This document shows positions 29,845-39,574 of a stretch of DNA of 64,000 bases, piece by piece. Within the stretch, counting starts at the first letter, position 1. Every line of letters starts with the position of its first letter. Below the pieces are notes generated by a model, which was given only the letters and a program-made list of their open reading frames with translations, had not been told where the DNA came from and did no database searches. The stretch comes from an uncultured delta proteobacterium (lineage in GTDB: Bacteria > Myxococcota_A > Polyangia > Polyangiales > Polyangiaceae): positions 192,001 to 256,000 of the forward strand of contig CAVQUB010000021.1 of assembly GCA_963716725.1 (NCBI GenBank). The letters run 5' to 3'. Both the position numbers and the translations under genes were made by a program.

Positions 29845-31440
29845 ATGCGAGCGGCTCTTGGTATTGCGGTCGCGGTGTCTGCCCTGTGGCTGTCGTCCCC
29901 AGCGCACGCCGCAGACACGGTGGTCGATCTCTCGGGCGCGGTCCCCGACGACGGGCTGCGACATTTCTTCATCGAGCTCGAGGTCCCGGCGGGGATCAAA
30001 GAGATCGAGATCGCCCATGACGACCTGTCGGCAGACAACATCCTGGACTGGGGTCTGCTCGACGAAAAGGGAGCGTTTCGCGGCTGGGGCGGTGGCAACG
30101 GCGAAAACGCCGTCGTGGGTGAGGCGGCCGCGTCACGTTCGTATCTGCCCGGGCCTATTGGCGCGGGCAAGTGGAAGATCGTGGTCGGCAAGGCCAAGAT
30201 CAAGCAAACCCCCGCGAGCTACAGCGTGCAGGTCACTTTGCGCGACCTGGCGACGCTCCCGCCGCAGACCACGCGCACGCCCTACAAAGCCGTCGCGCCC
30301 CTGTCGATCGAGACGCGGTGGTACGCCGGCGACTTCCACGTGCACTCCATCGAGAGCGGGGACGCCAAGCCCCCGCTGGACGAAATCGCGGCCTTCGCCA
30401 AGGGACGAAAGCTCGACTTCGTGATGCTCAGCGATCACAACACGGTGTCCCAGCTCGACTTCTACTCCGTTGCGCAGAAGCAGCACCCGGATCTGCTGTT
30501 TTTGCCCGGAGTCGAGTTCACGACCTACTGGGGTCACGCCAACGGCATCGGGGCCACGGTCTACGTCGACGACAAGACCGAGATGCCCGGACACTCCATC
30601 GGCGCGGCGGCCAAGGCGTTCCGCGATCAGGGCGCGCTCTTCTCGATCAACCACCCCACGATGACGCTCGGCGACGCCTGCATCGGCTGCGCCTGGGAAC
30701 ACGACCTGCCGCTCGATCAGATCGACGCCATCGAGATCGGCACCGGCAAGTTCGGGATGCTGACTCAGTCGGCGGTCGACTATTGGGACAACCTCTGCTC
30801 CAAAGGGCGGCACTTGGCCGCGCTGGGCGGCAGCGACGATCACGACGCGGGCGTCGATCTGTCCCCGATCCAGAGCCCGATCGGCAGCCCGACCACCATG
30901 GTCTACGCCAAGGCGCTCAGCGTGCAGGCCATCATCGATGCGATCAAGTCGGGCCGCACCGTGGTCAAGCTCCAAGGCCCCGGCGATCCGATGATCGAGC
31001 TCGCGTCGAGCGTGGTTCCGACCGGGGACACCGTCGCGGCGCCGAAGACCGAGCTGTCGGCCACAATCACCGGTGGGCTCGGGTTCACGGCGCGCTTCGT
31101 CAAGAACGGTCAGCCCGCAGCCGAGGTCGAGATCGACTCCGACCCCTTCGTGTTGAAGCTGGCGGCGGCCTCACCGGCGTCCGGCGAACACCGCTTTCGG
31201 GTCGAAGTGATGGACGGCAGCTCGCGCATCACGGTCACGAGCCACCTTTGGCTGACGAGCGCTGCCGCGGCGGACGCAGGGGCTGGCGGCAGCGCCGGCA
31301 GCGGCAGCAACGGCAGCGGGGCGGGGTCCGATGACGACGGCGGCTGCGGCTGCGGCGTCGCCCGCGGTCCGCTGTTCGGCGGGCTCGCCCTGCTGGCCCT
31401 GGGCCTCGCTGCGCTCGCGCTGCGCCGCGAGCAGCGGTAG
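29845..31440 (+). CDS. CehA/McbA-like PHP-domain metallohydrolase with MYXO-CTERM sorting tail
   Basis: WYAGDFHVHS, SDHN, GVEFTTYWGHAN, INHP, GGSDDH; C-terminal GGCGC + TM + RR. Confidence 0.85.
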   Translation: MRAALGIAVAVSALWLSSPAHAADTVVDLSGAVPDDGLRHFFIELEVPAGIKEIEIAHDDLSADNILDWGLLDEKGAFRGWGGGNGENAVVGEAAASRSYLPGPIGAGKWKIVVGKAKIKQTPASYSVQVTLRDLATLPPQTTRTPYKAVAPLSIETRWYAGDFHVHSIESGDAKPPLDEIAAFAKGRKLDFVMLSDHNTVSQLDFYSVAQKQHPDLLFLPGVEFTTYWGHANGIGATVYVDDKTEMPGHSIGAAAKAFRDQGALFSINHPTMTLGDACIGCAWEHDLPLDQIDAIEIGTGKFGMLTQSAVDYWDNLCSKGRHLAALGGSDDHDAGVDLSPIQSPIGSPTTMVYAKALSVQAIIDAIKSGRTVVKLQGPGDPMIELASSVVPTGDTVAAPKTELSATITGGLGFTARFVKNGQPAAEVEIDSDPFVLKLAAASPASGEHRFRVEVMDGSSRITVTSHLWLTSAAAADAGAGGSAGSGSNGSGAGSDDDGGCGCGVARGPLFGGLALLALGLAALALRREQR

Positions 31441-31452
31441 AAGCCGAGTGCT

Positions 31453-31800
31453 TTGGCGACAGTCAACCGACGCCGAACGGGCTTGCGCGCACGACGGCGC
31501 CTGTGTTCGGCGCTGTCGCTGCTCTCGCCTGGCCTCTCGATGTTCGCGTTGGATTTCGGACGCCGCCCGGCGTTCTTGGGGTCGCTGCGCGGCTGGCCCC
31601 TCGCGCAGTACCTGACGACGACCATCGGGGCGCCCCTGCTCTGGGCGACGCTGTGCTGTACGTAGCGGCGAGCCGGCGCGGAGCGTACCGGCGGCTCGCT
31701 GCCATCATTTTCACGACCACCGACCCAACTGGGGCATGATGCACGGACCGCTGAAGGTGCTCGCGCAGGTGGAAGACCCCCGATACCTTTGCTTCCTGCG
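31453..31800 (+). pseudogene. Degenerate remnant: membrane-protein head joined to an unrelated-frame tail
   Basis: Hydrophobic LSLLSPGLSMFALDFGRR...LLWATL / LYVAASRRG...AAIIF across frames, then WGMMHGPLKVLAQ. Confidence 0.35.
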
Positions 31801-31859
31801 GGACCGCCCGGACTTCGGTCGCGCGGGAGAGCGCGGCGCCGGACCGCGATGAGACGCCC

Positions 31860-32177
31860 TTAGGCCGCCGACCCGAAGGACGGCGGCAGAATGACGGGGA
31901 GGCCCGCCAACGCGCAGTCCGCCACCAGCACGCCCAGGTGGTGCGTGCGCTCGAGCCCCGCGCGATGGACGATCTCGTCAGCGGCACTCTTGAGCTCGCT
32001 CAGGGTCGGCACGTGCGCGCTCATGGGCTGGACCCGGCAACGGGCGTGCGCCAGCCGGTAGGCGGCGACTGCCAGACAGCTGCTCTCCGTGAGCAGTGCG
32101 CGATGCGCTGCGCCATCTTCGGCGAACTGGCGGAGCCACTCGCTCGGGCGTTCGGTCTCGTCGCTGCTGCGGTACAT
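31860..32177 (-). CDS. Hypothetical protein
   Basis: 105-aa ORF with coding bias and an upstream sigma54 box. Confidence 0.7.
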   Translation of the reverse strand: MYRSSDETERPSEWLRQFAEDGAAHRALLTESSCLAVAAYRLAHARCRVQPMSAHVPTLSELKSAADEIVHRAGLERTHHLGVLVADCALAGLPVILPPSFGSAA

Positions 32178-32191
32178 GACGCTGGATAGGA

Positions 32192-32207
32192 TGCAACCGG
32201 TGGGCCG
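32192..32207 (-). promoter_or_regulatory. Probable sigma54 promoter
   Basis: Minus strand CGGCCCACCGGTTGCA (GG-N10-GC, TTGCA). Confidence 0.5.
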
Positions 32208-32384
32208 ATCCTTGGGCGGGCCGCGTCAGCCGGCTTCTCGCCGGGATTTCAGGCGCAACGGAGCGGGCAGCCGTTTATTCCCCCGCTGCAATCCGCGCAG
32301 GCTCCGGATCAGGAAGTCATGGGGCGATGCACGGAAAGGACCCACATCCGTCGGAGGAGCTCTGAGATATCATCGCCGCCTCGC

Positions 32385-33956
32385 ATGAGGTGGCTGACCG
32401 ACATCGTTGCCGAAGGCAGGAGCACGGGCACGCTCTGGCTGCTCGCTCTGGTCGTGCTCAACGCGCTGCTGGCCCGGCCCAAACAAGTCGACCGGCGGCG
32501 GATCGTCGCCGCGCCAGTCGTGCTCTTCGGACTGCACTTGCTCCTGCTGCCCATCGCAGGCTACTTCCGTCAGCGTGGGGCGGGGGCGCCGGGCTACGTC
32601 GAGAGCCGCCTGCCCCTGTTGATCTTCGCGGCGCTCACCGCCGTCACCTCGGCGGGCGCCATCGCGTTCACCGTGATCTTGCCGCGGCTACGCCTCGCCG
32701 TGCCGCGCATCTTGCAAGATATCGTGATCGGCGCGGCTGCAGTCGTTGCGGTGCTCAGCGTCGCGTCCCGCGCTGGCATCAACCTGTCTGGTCTGATCGC
32801 CACCAGCGCCGTGCTCACGGCCGTCATTGGGCTGTCATTGCAAGACACGCTCGGCAATGTGTTGAGCGGGCTCGCGCTGCAAACCGACGACAGCGTCCGA
32901 GTCGGCGACTGGATCAAGATGGGCGACGTGAGCGGCCGCATCGTCGAAATCCGCTGGCGCTACACCGCGGTCGAGACCCGAAACTGGGAGACGGTGATTT
33001 TCCCCAACTCGCAACTGGTGAAAGGCCAGGTCACCGTGCTCGGCCGACGCCAAGGCCAGCCGGTAAAGTGGCGTCGTTGGGTCTGGTTCAACGTCGACTA
33101 TCGCTACCCACCCTCCGACGTCATCGGCAGCGTCACCGACGCGCTGCGTTCGGCTCCCATCGACAACGTGGCTGCCGATCCTCCGCCCAACTGCATTCTG
33201 ATGGACTTCCACGAGAGCTACGGTCGCTACGCGGTCCGCTACTGGCTCACGGATCTCGCGGCGGACGATCCGACGGACAGCGCCGTGCGAACGAGAGTCT
33301 ACTTTGCGCTGAAGCGCTCCGACCTGCCGCTCTCCATCCCCGCTCACGCCATCTTCGTCACCGAGCAGACCGCCGAGCTGAAGCAGCAGAAGACGACGGC
33401 CGAGCAGGACCGCCGCCTGCAGATGCTGTCGGGCATCTCCATGTTTGCCAAGCTGTCGGACGACGAACGCGACGCGCTGGCAGGAGCCTTGCGCTACGCG
33501 CCATTTGCGGCTGGGGAGACCATGACCAAGCAGGGCGCCAAGGCCCACTGGCTGTACATCATCGCCACCGGCGGGGCGAGCGTCCGAGTCGCCATCGACG
33601 GAGAAGGGCAGCAGGAAGTCGCGCGACTGAAGGCCGGAGACTTCTTCGGCGAACGCTCGCTGCTCACGGGAGATCCGCGCTCCGCCACCGTCGTGGCAAT
33701 GACGCGGGTCGAATGCTGGCGACTGGATCGGGCAGCTTTCCAGGAGTTGCTGACGCGAAGGCCAGAGATCGCTGACGAGGTCGCCGAGGTGCTCGCGGCC
33801 CGAGCGACCGATCTGGAGCGTGCGAGGGAGAACCTCGGAGCCGAGGCGGCGATGCGCCGAGCAGCCGAGACCAAGACCGATCTGGTGGACAAGATCCGCC
33901 GGTTTTTCCGAGTCGACGCTGAATCCGAGCCGCCGCCGCCCTCGAAGGGGGCATGA
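32385..33956 (+). CDS. MscS-family channel with C-terminal cyclic-nucleotide-binding domain
   Basis: IGLSLQDTLGNVLSG, VGDWI, WRYT, PNS; cNMP domain GDFFGERSLLTGDPRSATV. Confidence 0.92.
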   Translation: MRWLTDIVAEGRSTGTLWLLALVVLNALLARPKQVDRRRIVAAPVVLFGLHLLLLPIAGYFRQRGAGAPGYVESRLPLLIFAALTAVTSAGAIAFTVILPRLRLAVPRILQDIVIGAAAVVAVLSVASRAGINLSGLIATSAVLTAVIGLSLQDTLGNVLSGLALQTDDSVRVGDWIKMGDVSGRIVEIRWRYTAVETRNWETVIFPNSQLVKGQVTVLGRRQGQPVKWRRWVWFNVDYRYPPSDVIGSVTDALRSAPIDNVAADPPPNCILMDFHESYGRYAVRYWLTDLAADDPTDSAVRTRVYFALKRSDLPLSIPAHAIFVTEQTAELKQQKTTAEQDRRLQMLSGISMFAKLSDDERDALAGALRYAPFAAGETMTKQGAKAHWLYIIATGGASVRVAIDGEGQQEVARLKAGDFFGERSLLTGDPRSATVVAMTRVECWRLDRAAFQELLTRRPEIADEVAEVLAARATDLERARENLGAEAAMRRAAETKTDLVDKIRRFFRVDAESEPPPPSKGA

Positions 33957-33957
33957 C

Positions 33958-34767
33958 GTGGGCTCGACCTTCACGCTCACGAGGGGCTCCGCGCCCCTGG
34001 TCGTCAGCTTCCCGCACGACGGCACCGAGATCCCCCACGAGATCGAGGCGCGCCTCACGCCCGCAGCACGCCGCCGACCGGACACGGATTGGCACGTCGC
34101 CCGGCTCTACGCCTTCGTCGCGGAGTTGGGCGCCAGCCTGCTCGTGCCGCGGTGCTCCCGCTACGTCGCGGATTTGAATCGGAGTCCCACCGGCGCGGTG
34201 CTCTACCCGGGTGCCGACAACACGGGTCTGGTGCCCACCAGCACCTTTGACGGGCAGGCCATCTACCTGCCGGGAGAGGAACCCTCGGACGACGAGGTCG
34301 GCGGTCGAATCGAGGCCTTTCACCGACCCTATCATCAGGCGCTGCGGGCCGAGCTCGAGCGCCTCCGGACAGCTCATGGCGTCGCCGTCGTCTTCGACGC
34401 ACACAGCATTCGCTCCGAGGTGGTCCGCTTCTTCGACGGGACGCTGCCGGACTTGAACCTCGGGACGGCGTCCGGGGCAAGCGTCGATGACGAGCTCGGA
34501 GAGCTGCTGCACCGGGCGCTGTCCGAGAATCGTGACGGTTACACTTCGGTGCGCGACGGCCGGTTCAAAGGCGGCTACATCACCCAACACTACGGCCGAC
34601 CCGCTGACGGATGGCACGCCGTCCAGCTGGAGCTTGCGCAGCTGACCTACATGAACGAGGCCCACCCTTACGCCTTCGACTTGGAGAAGGCCGCCCGATT
34701 GAGGCCGACGCTGCTGCGCTTCGTGCAGACAATCCTGTCCTGGGCCGGCACACGGAGGCCCAGGTGA
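33958..34767 (+). CDS. hutG: N-formylglutamate deformylase
   Basis: SFPHDGT, DTDWHV, SRYVADLNR, PYH, DAHSIRS, RFKGGYIT, HAVQLEL. Confidence 0.92.
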   Translation: MGSTFTLTRGSAPLVVSFPHDGTEIPHEIEARLTPAARRRPDTDWHVARLYAFVAELGASLLVPRCSRYVADLNRSPTGAVLYPGADNTGLVPTSTFDGQAIYLPGEEPSDDEVGGRIEAFHRPYHQALRAELERLRTAHGVAVVFDAHSIRSEVVRFFDGTLPDLNLGTASGASVDDELGELLHRALSENRDGYTSVRDGRFKGGYITQHYGRPADGWHAVQLELAQLTYMNEAHPYAFDLEKAARLRPTLLRFVQTILSWAGTRRPR

Positions 34768-36140
34768 CGATCTACGAGCTCGAGCACCTGTGGCGGCCGC
34801 AGGGCTTCATGAGCCCCGCCTGGGTCGAGGTGGACGCCAGCGGCTTCGTGACGACCCTCGGGGACTGTCCGCCAGGCGTGCAGTGCGAACGGGTCCGTGG
34901 CGTGGTCGTCCCGGGTGTGCCCAACCTGCACTCCCATGCTTTTCAGCGCGCGATGGCCGGGCTCGCCGAGCACCGCGTGGGCGACGACGACTTCTGGTCG
35001 TGGCGCGATGCCATGTACGCCTTCGTCGGCGAGCTCACGCCAGACGACGTCGAGACGATCGCGCTCGAGCTCTACGTCGAGATGCTCGAGGCGGGCTACA
35101 CCTCGGTCGGCGAGTTCCACTACTTGCACCACGACTTGCAGGGCCAGCCCTACTCGAACCCGGTCGAGCTCGCTGAACGCGTGCTCGCGGCGGCGCACCG
35201 CGCCGGCATCGGCATCACGCTGCTCCCGGTGCTGTACGCGGCCAGCGGCTTCGACGCCGCTCCCCCGCACCAGCGACAGCGGCGCTTTGCCACCACGCCG
35301 GACTTCATTGCAAGGGCGGTCGAGCGCCTGTCCGGCGCGTGGCGCGCGGATCCCGGTGTGCGCGTGGGACTCGCCCCGCACAGCCTGCGTGCGGTACCGG
35401 CCGAGGCGCTCCGGGAGGTCCTGATCGCGGTGCGCAGCATCGACGCCACCGCCCCGATCCACATTCACGTCGCCGAGCAACTGCGCGAGGTCGAGGATTC
35501 GGTCCGTGCCCGCGCTCGGCGCCCGGTGGAGTGGCTGTGCGAAAACCACCCCGTCGATCCGCGCTGGTGTCTGGTTCACGCGACCCACGTGACGCCGACG
35601 GAGATCGATGCGGTGGCCCAGACCGGAGCGGTCATCGCTTTGTGCCCGACGACGGAGGCTAACCTCGGCGACGGCATGGCGCCGAGCGTGGCGCTCTTGG
35701 CGGCGGGCATCCCCATCGGAATCGGCAGCGACAGTCACGTCAGCGTGAGCCCGAGCGAAGAACTCCGGCTGCTGGAGTATGCGCAGCGGCTCGCCGCACG
35801 GAAGCGCAACGTGCTCGTGAGCGACCTCCACCCGTCCACCGGCGAGCGCTTGTTCGCCGCCGTGCTCTCCGGCGGCGCCCAGGCCTTGGGTCGTCCGGTC
35901 GGCCTCGTCGCGCCCGGGGCGCGCGCGGACTGGGTCGTGCTCGACCCCGAGCACCCCTCGTTGGTCGGAAAACCCCTCGAGCGTGTCCTCGACGCCTGGG
36001 TCTTCTGCAACCACGGAAACCCGGTGGATTCCGTGATGGTGGGGGGACGCTGGGTAGTGCAGGGCGGGCGACATCGAGAGCACGACGCCGCACGTACAGC
36101 TTTCGCTTCGACCATGAACCGCCTACGGAACAGGTCATGA
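34764..36140 (+). CDS. hutF: Formimidoylglutamate deiminase
   Basis: NLHSHAFQRAMAG, FWSWRDAMY, EFHYLHH, PHSLRAV, HIHVAEQ, CPTTEANLGDG, GSDSH. Confidence 0.93.
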   Translation: MTIYELEHLWRPQGFMSPAWVEVDASGFVTTLGDCPPGVQCERVRGVVVPGVPNLHSHAFQRAMAGLAEHRVGDDDFWSWRDAMYAFVGELTPDDVETIALELYVEMLEAGYTSVGEFHYLHHDLQGQPYSNPVELAERVLAAAHRAGIGITLLPVLYAASGFDAAPPHQRQRRFATTPDFIARAVERLSGAWRADPGVRVGLAPHSLRAVPAEALREVLIAVRSIDATAPIHIHVAEQLREVEDSVRARARRPVEWLCENHPVDPRWCLVHATHVTPTEIDAVAQTGAVIALCPTTEANLGDGMAPSVALLAAGIPIGIGSDSHVSVSPSEELRLLEYAQRLAARKRNVLVSDLHPSTGERLFAAVLSGGAQALGRPVGLVAPGARADWVVLDPEHPSLVGKPLERVLDAWVFCNHGNPVDSVMVGGRWVVQGGRHREHDAARTAFASTMNRLRNRS

Positions 36141-37204
36141 GAGCGGCTGCATGCCTCGCCTTCGTGCTGGCGGCCTGTGCCTCCGATCCGGGCCAGCGAG
36201 ACGCCCAGGATGCGTGCCCCAATCTGGCCGCAACCCCTACCAACGCGACGCTCTCGCGGATCCCTGCCGCGCACGCCAGCGACGACCCGACGACCGTGCG
36301 CCTGTGTCAGGAGGGAGCGACGCCTCCGGATCAGCTCGAGAACCCATGGGACCTCCACTGCGAAGTCGCGTCGGGCCCCAGCGCCGCCATCGACGAGAAC
36401 GCCCCAGCGCCCTCGCGGCTTCGGGTCGTCGAGTGGAACATCAAGTTCGGCACGGAGCTCACTCGAGTTGGCGACCTGCTCGCGACCCACCCGATCTTGT
36501 CTCTCGCCGACGTGCTGCTGTTGGTCGAGGTCGATCGCGGCTGCAATCGCTCTGGAAAGGTCGATGTCTCCCGGGAACTCGGCGCGCGCCTCGGCATGGA
36601 GTGGGTGTTCGGTGTGGAGTTCATCGAGCACTCCCAGGGCGGCTGCGAAGAAGGCAACGCCATCTTGTCCCGCCACGCTTTGTTCAACCCGGTGCACCGC
36701 TTCCACAACGTGGGCAAGATCGAACGCGGCGGCCTGCACTCGCCCTATGACTGGGCCCTCGACGCGGACGAGCCGCGTACCGGACGACGCTCGTTCTTGG
36801 GCGCGGATCTGCGCTTCGGCAAGGGCCTCCTGCACGTGGTGTCCGCGCACCTCGAGAACCGCTCGAACGCCGAGGAGCGCGGAGGTCAGATCTCCGAAAT
36901 CGTGCAGCTCCTCGGAGAGCTTCCACGTAAGGCCGCCTGTGTGGCGGGGGACTTCAATGTCTTCCCGAACATCGGGGAGGCAGTCATCGATCAGTCCCTC
37001 TTCGACAGCCTGAGCGGGGCCTGTTTCGTCAATCCACACGCCGACATGCCCGACGCCGAGCGCAGGACTCGCCCCAGTCTGAACTACCAGATCGACTTCA
37101 CCTATTTGCGAGCCGTGCAGATCATCGAACGTGGCGTCGTCAACGACCTCCCAGACGTGCCGAGCGACCACTACCCGGTTTGGGTCGACATCGCGCCCCG
37201 CTGA
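36137..37204 (+). CDS. Endonuclease/exonuclease/phosphatase-family lipoprotein
   Basis: Lipobox LAAC, WNI, EVD, GNAILSR, HLE, GDFN, IDF, SDHYPV. Confidence 0.88.
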   Translation: MRAAACLAFVLAACASDPGQRDAQDACPNLAATPTNATLSRIPAAHASDDPTTVRLCQEGATPPDQLENPWDLHCEVASGPSAAIDENAPAPSRLRVVEWNIKFGTELTRVGDLLATHPILSLADVLLLVEVDRGCNRSGKVDVSRELGARLGMEWVFGVEFIEHSQGGCEEGNAILSRHALFNPVHRFHNVGKIERGGLHSPYDWALDADEPRTGRRSFLGADLRFGKGLLHVVSAHLENRSNAEERGGQISEIVQLLGELPRKAACVAGDFNVFPNIGEAVIDQSLFDSLSGACFVNPHADMPDAERRTRPSLNYQIDFTYLRAVQIIERGVVNDLPDVPSDHYPVWVDIAPR

Positions 37205-37290
37205 GGCCGCAGAACGCCTGCGCCGCGACGAACCGGCTGCGACATCGTGTCGCATGGTCAGATCCGAACCTTGGGTGCAAGAAGCAACGC

Positions 37291-37460
37291 ATGAACACTC
37301 GAGTCTTGGCCGCGGTCTGTCTTTCGTCGCTGCTCACCTGGGGAAGTCCGACGTGTTGATCAAGCTCGCGGTGAACGGCGTCGACTACACCACCGACGGC
37401 AACGCCGTGGATCCGACCCAGAAGAACGGGTTCGCGACCTTCTCCGTCACCGCACCCTGA
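37291..37460 (+). pseudogene. Internally deleted secreted-protein gene (signal peptide fused out of frame to a C-terminus)
   Basis: MNTRVLAAVCLSSLLTWG, then another frame gives KSDVLIKLAVNGVDYTTDGNAVDPTQKNGFATFSVTAP*. Palindrome TGCGACA-TCG-TGTCGCA at 37238-37254. Confidence 0.5.
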
Positions 37461-37488
37461 GCGGCCTCAGCGCCGGCGATCCCCGACG

Positions 37489-38010
37489 TCACCCCGCGCA
37501 ACTGCCGTTGGTGCAGGTCTGCTTCTCGGCGCAAGCTCTGCCGCATGCGCCGCAGTTGGCTTCGTCGTAGTTGGGATTGACGCAGCCGCTGGCGCAACAG
37601 ATTTGGTTCTTGCCGCAGTCGTCCCCACCATTGCACGAGCATTGAATATTTCCGCCTTGAGACCGGCAGACTTCGCCCGGGCGACACGAATCCCCGTCGC
37701 ACACGCAGCGCCCGTCGTTGTTGCACTGGACGGATCCGCTCGAAGCACACTGCGCGGCCGCGGTGCAACGGCAACGCTGGCTCTCGCAGACCATGCCGAT
37801 CGGACAGAGACCGCAGTCGCCGGCACCGCCAGCCCCCGCCGCGCCTCCGGCCCCGCCCGCGCCTCCGGCCCCGCCCGCGCCGCCGGCCGCCGTGCCACCC
37901 ACACCCGCCGTGCCACCGGCAGCCCCGGCGTCCGCGAACTCGAAAGCGTCGTAGTCGTTGGTGCAGCCGATGACCAGCATGCCGCAGGCTAGAACGAGAG
38001 CTCTCCCCAT
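37489..38010 (-). CDS. Small Cys-rich lipoprotein
   Basis: Lipobox VIGC, Gly/Ala linker, terminal DEANCGACGRAC repeat. Confidence 0.75.
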   Translation of the reverse strand: MGRALVLACGMLVIGCTNDYDAFEFADAGAAGGTAGVGGTAAGGAGGAGGAGGAGGAAGAGGAGDCGLCPIGMVCESQRCRCTAAAQCASSGSVQCNNDGRCVCDGDSCRPGEVCRSQGGNIQCSCNGGDDCGKNQICCASGCVNPNYDEANCGACGRACAEKQTCTNGSCAG

Positions 38011-38074
38011 CGCGGGATCAGCATAGCTCACTCCAGCGGAACGTCCCGTTCCGAGCGCCGCAGAGCCGCGACGG

Positions 38075-38584
38075 TCACGGCGTGCGCACTTCAATCACCT
38101 CTATTTCGAAGCTCAGAGTCGAGTTCGGCGGGATCTTCTGATGAGCGCGGGCGCCGTAGCCGAGATCGGGCGGGATGGTCAGGCGACGGACGCCACCCTC
38201 GCGCATGCCGGACAGGCCTTCTTCGAAGCCCTTGATCAGATGGCCGCGTCCGAGATCGAGCTCGATGGGCGTGCCACGCTCGCGACTCGAATCAAAGACC
38301 GTACCGTCCTCTAGCGCGCCAACGTAGTGGAGGAGCACGCGGGTGCCGGCGCCCGCCAGCGCCCCCGATCCGACCTTCAGCTCCTCGATCCGGAGGCCGG
38401 AGGCGGTGACGGTGGCGCTCGGCTCCGGGCGAACCGCCGCCGGAGGCGCGGCGGGTGTGGGCACGGCGACCGGCTCGGGCACGGTGACGATGGCACCGGT
38501 CGCGGGAGGCGCGCGTTCGGGAGCCGGCGTCCCGCAGCTCGCGATCAGCAGCGGTGCAAGCCAGATTCTCTCCGATGCGCTCAC
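38075..38584 (-). CDS. FKBP-type peptidyl-prolyl isomerase lipoprotein
   Basis: HYVGALEDGTVFDSS, LIKGFEEGL, IPPDLGYG, IPPNSTLSFEIE; IASC lipobox; GTGA overlap with the upstream MscS. Confidence 0.9.
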   Translation of the reverse strand: MSASERIWLAPLLIASCGTPAPERAPPATGAIVTVPEPVAVPTPAAPPAAVRPEPSATVTASGLRIEELKVGSGALAGAGTRVLLHYVGALEDGTVFDSSRERGTPIELDLGRGHLIKGFEEGLSGMREGGVRRLTIPPDLGYGARAHQKIPPNSTLSFEIEVIEVRTP

Positions 38585-39492
38585 GACGGTCCGTGGGTGG
38601 CGCGCGCCACGGCCGCCGCGGTCGACAACGCGGCGGTCACCGGCGCGTCGAAATGAACGTCGACCTGCGGGAACGCGATCACGATGCCCTCGGCGCGGAA
38701 CGCGTCCCAGATCGCCCGCCGCAGCGCCGAGCCGAAGAGCCGACGATTCCACGGTTCGTGGATCAGCAGCGACAGCTCCCAATCGACGCTGTTCGCGCCG
38801 AACTCCACCAGCAATACCCGCGCCTGGCAGTCCTGATCCTTGCCCCCGAATTTCGCACCGACCTCCGCGAGCACGCGGTCGACTCGGTCCAGATCCGAGT
38901 CGTAGGCCACGCCGACCTTCACGCGCAGACGGTAGAGCGGATCCTGCATCGAGTAGCTCTTGATCAAACCTTGTACCAGCGTGGAGTTGGGAATGATCAG
39001 GTCCTCTTCGTCGGTCGAGCGCGCCAGCGTGGCTCGCACGCCCATCTCTTTGACGCGGACCATGGCCCCGTTGACCTCGATGATGTCGCCGGGTTTGATG
39101 GTGCGCTCCATCAACAAGATGACGCCCGACACGAAGTTCTGGGCGATGTTCTGCATCGCGAAGCCGATCCCGACGGCGAAGACCGCTCCCGCCGCGAACA
39201 GGGCGCTGAGTTCGATGCCGCCGGTCTGGAGCGCGACGCCGACCCCGACCAGGATCACGACGTAGTGAAGGAGGCGGGTGATCGCCCGGATACCACCGGT
39301 CTCCGCCTCGACGCCCCGGCGCTTCGCCGCGCGGTGGATCCCCGCCCGAAGCAAGCGCGAGATGATCCACGTCGCGACCACGACGAGCACCATCGTCGCG
39401 AGGGTGGACGCGGTGATCGGGGTCTTTCCAATCGAAAATAGATGCACCTGAGCCAGCTTGCCAACGGGCGAGAGGGCGTTTCCATCAGTCAT
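38581..39492 (-). CDS. MscS-family mechanosensitive channel
   Basis: GIGFAMQNIAQNFVSG, IKPGDIIE, IIPNS, VGVAYDSD, IAFPQVDVH. Confidence 0.92.
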   Translation of the reverse strand: MTDGNALSPVGKLAQVHLFSIGKTPITASTLATMVLVVVATWIISRLLRAGIHRAAKRRGVEAETGGIRAITRLLHYVVILVGVGVALQTGGIELSALFAAGAVFAVGIGFAMQNIAQNFVSGVILLMERTIKPGDIIEVNGAMVRVKEMGVRATLARSTDEEDLIIPNSTLVQGLIKSYSMQDPLYRLRVKVGVAYDSDLDRVDRVLAEVGAKFGGKDQDCQARVLLVEFGANSVDWELSLLIHEPWNRRLFGSALRRAIWDAFRAEGIVIAFPQVDVHFDAPVTAALSTAAAVARATHGPS

Positions 39493-39574
39493 GATGCGTC
39501 GGGGATACACGCGCCGGAGGGGGCAGCCAAGCCGCGGCGCGGCGCCGCGGCCCGCGAGCGCTGGCCGAAGCTCG

